A DNA stretch of 61,694 bases, the filler included, from Rhabdomonas costata (lineage: Eukaryota): the NCBI GenBank assembly GCA_019059605.1. It is 26 parts of 26 records of this genome, joined end to end, with 100 filler letters (N's around TTAATTAATTAA, not from the genome) between each part and the next. Parts side by side here need not be neighbours in the genome. Positions count along the whole stretch, not along the records: positions 23,781 to 26,056 come from JAHMHO010004341.1; positions 26,157 to 28,432 come from JAHMHO010004342.1; positions 28,533 to 30,808 come from JAHMHO010004343.1; positions 30,909 to 33,184 come from JAHMHO010004344.1; positions 33,285 to 35,557 come from JAHMHO010004345.1; 21 more parts are not named here. One strand, 5' to 3'. Shown piece after piece: positions 23,790-33,998 of the stretch; within the stretch, counting starts at the first letter, position 1, and each line of letters opens with the position of its first letter. A model generated the notes under the pieces. That model saw only the letters and a program-made list of their open reading frames with translations, did not search any database and was not told where the DNA came from. The translations under genes were made by a program, and so were the position numbers.

Positions 23790-26045
23790 GAGCGTCATCG
23801 ATGCACAGCACCAGCGCCTGTACACGGCCCGTGAAGGCCTGGAGCATGGACCGGAGCAGCGCACAGGCCGTCGCGAGCTCCACAGGGTCGCCGCGCTTCC
23901 CTAAACAGGGCAACAGCCACAATAGGGAAGGCAAGCTAAGACAGCAATAGAGAATCATAATTATCAACGGATGGGTATTTATCGCAGCGGCTCAGGAGGT
24001 CCTCGCAGGAGACTGTGGTAAAGTAGTCGGCCGCAAGATCGAGCCATTTCGTGGCCGCAGCTCCTCCCAGGGAGCTATGCATTGGTGCTTTGGGCAGTCG
24101 ACATGGGCCTTTCCCCACTGATGCGGACACTATTGTCCATCCTTTTTGTTGATTCATTGCTGGTTCAGTTGTCGTCGCTTTTTCGAAGTTTGCGCAGGAC
24201 ACAGAGCTACAGGCCTATACGCCAACATGCCGTTTGGATTGCACCACAGGAGCTACAGGCCTATGAGCCAACATGCCGTTTGGATTGCACCACAGGCTAC
24301 CCGACTCCAAACTTTAAGCTAACGATGCTGAACTTCCTTTCCGAACTACCCGCTCTACGACTCTTTACCATACTTGAATTTTCGCCAGCCACGCTTTCCC
24401 ACGGTTTTGGTTTCATGCCGGCCATGTTTTTCTGTTCCACTCCTCCGCACTCAGCATGGGAGGAGTGGTACCACGAGCAGAGGTTTCGCACGAGGGCTGA
24501 GGCAGCCGGGGCGAAAGCCTGCGGAAGGTGGTGCGAAGGATGGGGTCCAGAGAGTGCAGAGCCTTCACTTCCGCGTGGGGCAAAAGCTGCGTCACAAACT
24601 CCTCGTCCTGTTCCGATCACAGAGGAAGAAGTGGATATAGGATTGATTCCTGAGAGCCTTACCCCTATTCTTTTAGGCCTTGTGCCAAAAACGAAATTTT
24701 TGCCTTTACTGCGGTTTTTTTGGGGGGGGATCTTCGCAGTGTGACAATGTGAACTAGAATAGGAATAATACGAGAAGCGCGGTCGCCAGCAATCACATTA
24801 ATCAACACAAAGTCGCCAAAACCGTCCAGAATATAGTTTGGAACGCTGTCAAAGGCCGTAAAGGAATGCGCCGAATTGTGCTGGCATGTTAACCATGTTA
24901 AACATGAAACACATTCGCAATTTGCTAGGTCAGACCCTGACTGCGCCAAAAGTGTCCACCGCGATGTAATAAATGTCCGACTCAGGAAAGCCTAAACTAA
25001 ATTCTGCGATGGTCGTTGCAGTGCCTCACGTTGGCGTGGGAATTCGGTCTGTTAGTCTCTCAAGAGTGGTTTTTGTACAGCGGACTGATTCAAATTCAGC
25101 ACCTCAACTTCAGGTGCTTGAATAGGCTCAAAAGAGTCATCATGCGTACGTGCATAAATCAAGACATGCGCACAGAGACTGGGAGCCTCCCGTGCTGAGC
25201 TGTGGCCCACCTAAGCATGGGTTACAACAAGGCACTCTATGTCAAGTTGCGCTGCCCATACCCATGCGTCTCAGAGGGCATCCATGCGAAGATTTGGGCA
25301 AAATTCGAGTGGACGCCCCCCACCCCATTGCCGGGGTGATCTCACTCACGTCACCAGCAGACAGAAAGAAGGGCCAGCAAGATCAGTGTGACCCAAATAC
25401 TCTCAGAACCACAAAAACCCCGCACCGTTGCGCCATGAAGTTTGCACGCAGCAGAGTACAGCCGGATCCACACAAACAGGTCCTGGAAGATGCTTCGGAA
25501 CACTGCGAAGGGCCTGTGACGTGCGCAGGAAAATAACGTTCAGAAGAATTTAGCCTTCCACCAAATACAATTCGTCAATACAATAATTTTGCGATGCTGG
25601 ACTACTAAAATTCAAACAGAGGGCACATCGTTTACATCTTCTGCCGTGTACGCATCTGCAGGTCTACAAAGAGGATTTCCTGACCCAAGGCCAGCGCCGG
25701 ATGGATGGTCAGATGGTCATCAAAATCAATAGAATCAGCTCAAGCCAGACCACCACCTCACCACCACCACCAAGAGCTACAACAAAAACGGAGCACCCGC
25801 CATGCACGCTTTGCCTCAGACGACGTCGACCCAAGGTTGGAACGGGCGGCCAAACTTTAGCTGCTGAGGACCAAGGGAACGTGCCCCAATTCACCTGCGG
25901 TCGTGTTCGCTGGCGGTGGCCACCATAATCGGGAGCAGGGGCCACTGGTTCTGCATGTCCACGGCGAGCGTGCTCTTGCCGCGGCCCAGCCGACCCTCAA
26001 TCACAATCATCGCCTCAGGGACATCTGCCGGTCCCGCCGTGCAGC
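23790..26045 (-). CDS. STAND/AAA_16-type P-loop NTPase (multi-exon, partial)
   Basis: Exon ending at 25895 (AMIVIEGRLGRGKSTLAV, Walker A), exon 25513-25426 (RPFAVFRSIFQDLF), a probable exon at about 24074-23969, and exon 23900 to contig edge (ALLRSMLQAF...ALVLCIDDAH, Walker B). The middle exons are not fully resolved. Confidence 0.7.
24204..24296. repeat. 46-bp tandem duplication (2 copies)
   Basis: gagctacaggcctat..gccaacatgccgtttggattgcaccacag at 24204 and 24250. Confidence 0.9.
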
Positions 26046-26156
26046 CCCCCCCCACCNNNNNNNNNNNNNNNNNNNNNNNNNNNNNNNNNNNNNNNNNNNN
26101 TTAATTAATTAANNNNNNNNNNNNNNNNNNNNNNNNNNNNNNNNNNNNNNNNNNNN

Positions 26157-26563
26157 TGGTGGTGGGTGGCACGGGACACCGGACCGTCGTACGAGATCTC
26201 CTGGCTGCGGTTGCAAGCTTTGGTGCGTCTGGGTTATTGCATGAATACATTTTCCTGGTGGCGTATGGATGGGACACACCTTTTGGACGGTCCATGACAT
26301 TCTTTCTTCTCCATGGGATCGTCTGTGTTGGGCAAGGATTACTGGAGAAGACCTTGCCTAAAGGCTTCGTCTCCGCAGTTCACTCCCTTCCTCAGCCCGT
26401 CCTCACGGCCATCACGTACGCCGTCCTACTTCCCTATGTCTCCTTGTACACGGGAGCGGGATCGCCCTCTGAGCCCATGTTTAAAGAAATGCATCTGTGG
26501 ATTCCTACAGTGCGATGGGTTTCTGGAGGGTCATGGATATCGTTTCAGGTTATGCAGCCATGA
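26157..26563 (+). CDS. MBOAT-family long-chain-alcohol O-acyltransferase (wax synthase-like), 3' part
   Basis: LLAAVASFGASGLLHEYIF...MTFFLLHGIVCVGQ contains the FxxSGLxHE catalytic-His motif and the FFxLHG motif of plant-type wax synthases. It ends in TGA at 26561-26563. Confidence 0.8.
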
Positions 26564-26903
26564 GCAGCTGTGCAGAGAACTTTGCTCTTTGCTGAATCTG
26601 CTTATAGAAACAGCATATGAGACATGATGTGTTTTTCCTTGGTTTTTCGCCAATCTGCCCAGCTTCGTGAGTGTTGTATGATAAGGAACCTTCGGGAAAC
26701 CATATTAACGAGATGTGTGTCTTGTGCCATATGAAATTATACAAATTTTCCGTTTTTTGCTGGACTCTGTTGCCCAGACCCGAGTCTAGTTTAGTTTGAT
26801 CCCTCGTGCATTGTGGAGAGGGTGAGTGAGTGAAAGAATGTGTGTGTGTGTGCAATTTTTGCATGTATTGCTTGTGCCTCTGAGTGGGATTGGCGCGATT
26901 CAG

Positions 26904-28413
26904 GATCAAGCCCGCGGACTCCGAGCCCCCTCCGCTGCTGGTGTACAAGTGGTGCCAGGGCATCAACAACCTCACTGACATCTGGAGCTACTCCAGCGGA
27001 GAGTGCGTGGTGATGGTGGAGACCAAGCTGGACAAGGCATGGCTCCCCCGCTTTTTCCTGTCTATGTGTATGGTTCCCACGCAACCACAATGTACTCCTC
27101 TGTCGCTCTTTGTCTCTTTGCTGCCGTCGTGCAGTTTTGATGTTCAGCTGAGGACATATATAAAATCGGTGGTCCCAATCCCAGGAAGGAACCTCTTGAG
27201 GAGATGGGCCGTTCTGGCATCCACCACCTCGGTTGCATGGCTGTGCCAAATTAACCAAATTGACCAAATTGGCATTGGTTGTAGTGGGCAAGGTGAGGCT
27301 CAGGCGCCTATTCGGTAGAAAGTTCCAAACACAGTTATCTTTTGTAAGGACATGTAGTACCCAGAAGGAGCGAAGGAAGGCTTTGGTTAAGGTCTCGATG
27401 ACACCTGTGACAAGCAGAAGAGCAACCACTATGCTCTCTGGGGGTGAAGGGTGGAGTGCTCCTGTGATCTTTCCTGTCCACAGGTCTATGAGAAGATGGA
27501 TCTCACGCTGCTCAACCGACTGCTCCGGCTGATCGTCGACCACAACATCGCGGACTACATCACCGCCAAGAACAACGTCGTGCTGACGTTCAAGGACATG
27601 AACCACACCAACAGCTACGGGCTGATCCGGGGGCTACAATTTGCGAGCTTTGTATTCCAGTTCTACGGGCTGGTGCTGGACCTGCTGGTGCTGGGGCTGA
27701 CCCGGGCCAGCGAGATCGCCGGCCCCCCGCAGGCTCCCAACGACTTCCTCACCTTCCGCGACGTCAACGTGGAGGTCAAGCACCCCATCCGGTAAGTTTG
27801 CGTGTGCATGCTTTTCAACGTGATGCTTTGGTCCTGATGTGCTCAATTCTTGAATCCGAATAGGCTGTGTCTTTGTGTTGCCTGCAAGTTATAAAGCAGT
27901 CTTTGCCGGAGTGAGTGTGCGTAACGTGCACGGTAATATGAAGGCCGCGCTTGGCGGAGGTAATCGTTTGTGGGGTTGAAAGTGGACGTGCGGCCAAGCG
28001 CGGTTTAAATGGAGTATAGCTGGCTTAAAGGGAACCTCGGGATCGTTGTCCTCAGTATAGTGCAGGATTTAAGAGGAAGGATCATCCATGGATAACCGAT
28101 GGCACAACATTTTCACAGACAGTTGGTGGGTATGAACAATATGCTTTTCCTCTTGTTGAGCGTTCCGTAGTCCGGTTCCCCCACACCGTGTCGCGTGGTG
28201 TCTTCGTGTTTTTTGCCTTGGCGTGCAACCAATAAAAAAGGCTGTATCACCGGTATGTCGACCGGATCCACATGCTGCTGAAGTTCACCCACGAAGAGAG
28301 CAAGGACCTCATCCACCGCTTCCTCACGGAGCACCCCGATCCTAACAACGAGAACGTCGTGGGATACAACAACAAGAAGTGCCGCCCTCGTGACCAGCGC
28401 ATGCGCCTGATGA
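26904..28413 (+). CDS. PRP8: Pre-mRNA splicing factor PRP8, three internal exons
   Basis: Exons 26904-27036 ([23 protein letters not shown]...ETKLDK), 27484-27791 ([32 protein letters not shown]...GLIRGLQF...HPI) and 28241 to about 28413 ([10 protein letters not shown]...[29 protein letters not shown]). They are colinear with the RT-like region of PRP8. Confidence 0.99.
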
Positions 28414-28539
28414 GTGCGTGCCACCCCCCACCNNNNNNNNNNNNNNNNNNNNNNNNNNNNNNNNNNNNNNNNNNNNTTAATTAATTAANNNNNNNNNNNN
28501 NNNNNNNNNNNNNNNNNNNNNNNNNNNNNNNNTGTGGTG

Positions 28540-28719
28540 GTGCTTCTACCCTTAACCTACCACTCGTGTTATGCCTGGTATTAACCCATCGCTACAATAC
28601 CCACTAACATACACATATCTTTAGCATAGGGTATAGTAAGATATGCGTATGTTAGTGGTTGTTATAGCGATGGGTTAATACCAGGCATAACACGAGTGGT
28701 AGGTTAAGGGTAGAAGCAT
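28540..28719. repeat. Contig-start inverted repeat with imperfect inner stem
   Basis: Perfect outer arms (tgcttctacccttaacctaccactcgtgttatgcctggtattaacccatcgcta and its reverse complement), with a mismatched inner stem and a loop of about 16 nt. Confidence 0.9.
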
Positions 28720-30919
28720 CACCTACACCAACAGCATCCAAAACATTAACCTAAGTGAGGAGTCCCTCAATACGGTGGTCGGAGGGAGTGAAGGTAAAGC
28801 ACGGTTACGTTCCTCCAGTCACTCCAACCACCATCCAGCTGGCACCCCCGCCATAAGGACGGTTATTACGACGCCAACTTAGACTGATGCATGTTGGTAG
28901 AGGTGATGGAGTGAAGTAAAATGAGTCCGGGTGAGACCCAGAATTATGAAGATACCACCAGGGGTAAAATGAGGCCCATGATCACGAACGCAGGAACCAA
29001 CAACATCAGCATCAAGGTTAAGCGTAGGAATGTCACTCAATGTATTGTCGCATCTATTCCGCTTCGCTTCATTCCATGGCCTCGCCTCCAACTCGACATC
29101 ACTGACAGCTCAGCATTTGTGCATTCAAATTCTTTCGTTTTCACTAGACACACGAGTCTTTCACAAAAAAAGAAAGCAGACGTAAGTTTTGGAGGTTTTG
29201 GTGCAGCAGAGTTAAAAGAGCCGATTGCACACGGCCCACTAAGAGGAGTCAGACAAATTGAAGCTCTCAGAGCTGGGAGCTTGATGAGCTAAATTCCGTC
29301 ACTCAAGGGGAACCCACACGACATGCTGCAGCCAGTTCACCGTGTTTACAGTAAAAGGAAAACACGGTGAGCGAAAATTATAAGCGGAACCCCTTATCTT
29401 ATTTTTTTACCTAAACATAATGCCTGTGCAAACTCACCAAATATATGTCATTTTGAGGCAGTTTGGTACAACATGCTGTGCTGCTGCGGATGTTTATGAA
29501 TTCGACACAATGCTGCTGTCCACCCTCCGGAATAGGTCAGCCAAGCTGCCGTCCAGCGCAGTCTGGAACCAGACGTTGTCTGCTTCAACTCCACATGTCC
29601 GGCTGCCGAAACGCCATCTGGCGCCCTGTACGCAATTTGGTGGCATTTGGTGGTGGCATTTTCCGCAGATACCCATTAGATGGGTAGGAATGAGCGCGCC
29701 TCCAACTCCACTTTTGCATTTCGATTATGAGATGGACCATTTTGGACCGGTGAAGGAAGCTTGGGCTTTGGGGCATTCACCTAACTCCTCCTTAGGAGGA
29801 GCGCAAGAGAACAAGCGTGCCTGGGCCGCTGCTGAGACAGGGCTGCAGGAAGCCCTGCCGGGAACGGCGAGAGCTGCGCAGAGACCACCACCGGAATCCC
29901 TGGAAGAAGGAAAGACGCGAAAAGGCAGTTGCCTCTCATAATAAAACCACCCGTCGTGCTGAAGGAGGTTGAGCCTTGAGGGACAAGTGGACTCGGCCCC
30001 GAAGGTGGGGTGATGGGCAAGGCTGCAGTGATTCAGATGCCAAAGCTCTTTGTGGAGTGCGGCTTAGAGCCAGTCGCCAGTCGCCGAACCCCTTTCCGTG
30101 TGGGTGGGTTCTTGAAAGGAATTCGGTGGGTGCTGTCGGGAAGGCCACGGACGCAAGGGCGGGAGAGGGCAAAAACCTGTGGTCAAAATATTGAAGAAGG
30201 TGAGCAGCATTTTTTTTTGTAAATTAAGTGGTTCTCCATCTTGGGAATGTGAGGAATTTCACCAACTTCTGTGCCTTTGTTCGCGCTTAGCTACGCTTAT
30301 CTGCCGAACGCGTTGAGAGTTTTTGAAAAATTTCTGCGCAGGCAAAAAAAGAAAACCATGAAAAAAGGCTCAAAGGCTTAAGAAAGGACGCCCGGGGAAG
30401 ACCAAAAACTAACAGCCCCTCAAAGCGGCAAAGGCTAATTTCCATGAGCTGCAAATTTACGTGCACTTCAAGACACAGGGCTCGAGGCAGCCCAAGGACA
30501 GCAAACCCTCCAAAGTTCGGGGCCCGAGGCCCATTCCCCAAGGGCGTGGCTGCTGCGATAGAGCTGCCGAGGGTGTGGGCGTGCCGCCTTGCCGCGCAAC
30601 ATGCCCCCTTGCGCTGAAGCAAAGACGCCCGAAAAACGACAAATACATTCAACACATCACCACGAGCCATATACATGCTACTTGCACCAATTGAACTTGT
30701 ACTTCACCCCCTCGAAAGACTTATTTGTTAAGTCCTTTGCTAAGACAGCGAACATACCTGGGGCTCAGCGCCGAAGGCACCAAAACAGTGCTGGCAGAAG
30801 GCAGAGTCNNNNNNNNNNNNNNNNNNNNNNNNNNNNNNNNNNNNNNNNNNNNTTAATTAATTAANNNNNNNNNNNNNNNNNNNNNNNNNNNNNNNNNNNN
30901 NNNNNNNNGGGGGTGGGGT

Positions 30920-32412
30920 GTAAAGAAGGAGAAGTCCAGGGTCCCTGTGCACTGGTAGCTGTACAGGCTTACAGAGGTCTGCGAGCTTGATACACCACGC
31001 ATGCTCGCCCACGCGGAAACGCTGCAGGTCGGGACGGCTGAGAGAGCAGATCACAAACAAAGGGCATGCAGTAGCGGAGCCAAGCGGAGAAGGAAACGTG
31101 CGCGCCCCTCCAGTTCATGGGGCAAAGACTATGCCTGTGTTTGGAAGCAGCAGTGATGTCCATGCGCAGATAAAATAACGCCACGACACGTTTATTTCAC
31201 CCACTAAATGTTCAACAATGGTCGCTTGCCAAGATTTCGAACATGCGTGGTTTCACCTGGAAGAACTCTAAGACACAAGAACCTAGTTGGAGTGCCCAAC
31301 TTTAATTTTGCTTCGCTTTAACCCTGGTTTTCCGAGCAGTCATACTGTTCGCACCTGACCCCCGGAGTCAACAAAGCATTTCAAAAAGTTTCTAGTGAAC
31401 CCTACTGCACACGAAACATAACTGTCCAGATGGGTGGTTACATCCACGAGGACTAATTTAATTTGCTTTTTTCCCACAAAAAACCAGTGTAAAGTTCGTG
31501 TTCGCATTTTGTCACAATACCAAACGCATCCAAATGTGGGAGAAAAATCCCGGTGTCCACACCGACTAAAAGCGTACCACTGGACACATCCTAGAAGCTT
31601 AGAATCAAACATTCAACTTACCCAGCTGAATCTTCTTGGACCGTACGGCAACGCCCTCTAGCCGCGCTGGAAACCACGGCTTTCAGTCCCAACGGATCGT
31701 GGAACGTTCGTCGCCTGCTAAGCAGTCTGGTTGTGGTTGCGCCCAACTAACCGGTGCTTTTGGATAGGCGGTATCACCCGAGGCCATGGAAGGGAGACCT
31801 AACCTCATATCCTCCACCGCCAGTCCGTCCTATGCAACTCTCCAAACTTCCCTGCACCTGTGGCCAGTAACCCCCGGGGAATGTGCTACCAGGCCAACGT
31901 GGAGGAGGAAACGACATCTAAAAACAATACTAGCCGTTGACACCTCTCTATTTGACATTTTGGACCCGTAACAACCTACAGGTAACCAACATTATTATCA
32001 CAATATTACAGATCTTTGTGTCGAAGGTAGCATGATCACGCAGCGAAAAGGTCGCCGAAAAAAGTTCAGATTCTGATCGGGGTCAAGTCCATTTTTTCCG
32101 GGGAGGCACCCACTGCAAATACGGCGACATTATGAGCGTGCGGTCATGGTACGCGCGTTATACTCGCGTTGTTGCGTTTTTTGTTGTAAACAAACACAGA
32201 CATGTGTACACGCACACACAAACGCGTACTCGAGCAGCCCGAGAGGGTAAAGGTCGAGTAAGGAGCATCGCAGCTCACGCTTGCGGTTCCGGGATACCCA
32301 GAGGCGCACGACACCCCAGTGCAGCTAAAAGCACTGAGGAACCCGGAAGAACAGCCGCTGCCGCTGTAGGAGTATCCCGTGGGCAGCGGCGAGGGCAGGG
32401 AGCAGACCAGAG
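30920..32412 (-). CDS. Putative surface protein: Cys-rich module followed by an LRR-like start (2 exons, partial)
   Basis: Phase 1-1 exon 32412-32230 (LVCSLPSPLPTGYSYSGSGC...VSCASGYPGTASVSCDAPYSTFTLSGCS) splices in phase to exon 31037-contig edge (TVPTCSVSAWASMRGV...VSLYSYQCTGTLDFSFF). The introns are GT-AG. Confidence 0.5.
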
Positions 32413-33775
32413 CTGTGTGGGGGTAGATTGGTGTATGCCTTCGAAGGAAACATCCAACGGGTCCATCATGAACGTACAGCAACCAACAAAACCAATCAAC
32501 ACTCGTGCGCATACGTGTGCCGGTGGAAGCAAGGATGCGTAGATGACGATGGAACAGCACAGATCGTGAAACTGAGGTGTCGCTGTGGCTTGAAGTTGAA
32601 GGGTGGATGGGAGGGAAGGTAACCAGCCTGGAGATTACGCAAAACGCGCGCGCTCACCGAGGGCCCGTGCAGCAAAGCTCAGCGCTAGGATCAAGAGGTG
32701 CCAAACAGACTGCGGCATGGCCAAGGTATCTTTCATGAGCACAACACCAATCTAGAACAGCACCTGATTGCCCCAACACACCACAAATCTCTCAAAACCG
32801 TTCCGGTGCACGTGCACAGGAAAAAACACAAACTGTCAAACTGCCAAAGGTCAAAAAGAACACCCGAGAGTAAAAAGTGAGAGAGAGAAGGAGAACTGAA
32901 ACAAAAAAAACACGAAAAGAACGCAACGCTACCTTTCATTCATGCCAAACACCACCAACTGCCTGGCCACAGTTGGGCAGAAACAGAATGGAAATAACCG
33001 GTCCGATTTCCACCCTGTCAATCATACTCATTTCAACTAGATAAATGCTAAATTTAATTAACCGCTTTTGACACAACTGGAAGCAGCCACGTTCGTAGAC
33101 AAGGGGAGGCCACAGAGCGGGGCACACCCTTTTACACACAGTTTTGCGCCAGTTTCGGGCTGACAATATCCCATCCCCCACACANNNNNNNNNNNNNNNN
33201 NNNNNNNNNNNNNNNNNNNNNNNNNNNNTTAATTAATTAANNNNNNNNNNNNNNNNNNNNNNNNNNNNNNNNNNNNNNNNNNNNGGGTGTGGTGTTGGAG
33301 TGATTTCGTGTTTTGATCTCTTGGGCTGGGTATTTGGGTTCTTGGCATATTCCTGCATATGGGTTCTAGGCTCAAGGTTGGCATTTTTAGCGGTTTTTTT
33401 AGGCATTCTCTTGCATCGATTGAGTGATTCCAGTTGGAGGCAGGATCACGAACGCAGGGTCATGTCCGCTGAGTTTGGTGGTGCATTGCTGGTATTGGAG
33501 GGCTAAAGTGGTGAGGTGTTTCTGGGGCGTCGGCATTTGGCAATTGGGTTCTTGTGGCAGTATTTCTTGGTTTATTGCTGCATCTGGTATTCGTGGGCAT
33601 TTCGGGTATTTGGGTCGTGGGTTCATAGTTGGTACTGCTGACGGTAGTAGTGGTTCCAGCGGCTGAATTCCGGTGGGGTATTTGGGGTCATGTTCGCTGA
33701 GTTGGTGGTGCATTGCTGGTGAAACGGCACTTCCTGAAGGTGACCTTCCTGAACAACCTAGCTGTTCTCCTGCAG

Positions 33776-33998
33776 CTCCCTCACGTGCTTCGAGATCCGC
33801 AAGTGTACAGCATGACCTGAGGCGGCTGCAGCCATCATGGTCGTGAACAAGTTCCAGCCTCAGATTCAGGCGCTGCTGTGCAACTATGGGAAGGCGGCTC
33901 AAGAACTGAAAGTGGACGTCGCACTCCATGACGCGCTGGGGCATTGCGCGTGCCACTCGGCTCTGTTGACGCCCGACCAAGAGTATTTGAACCAGGAG
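33776..33998 (+). CDS. Exon-like GC3-rich segment of an unknown gene or pseudogene
   Basis: SLTCFEIRKCTA*PEAAAAIMVVNKFQPQIQALLCNYGKAAQELKVDVALHDALGHCACHSALLTPDQEYLNQE, ending at a gtccat donor. There is an in-frame TGA at 33813 if the 33775 acceptor is used. Confidence 0.35.
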
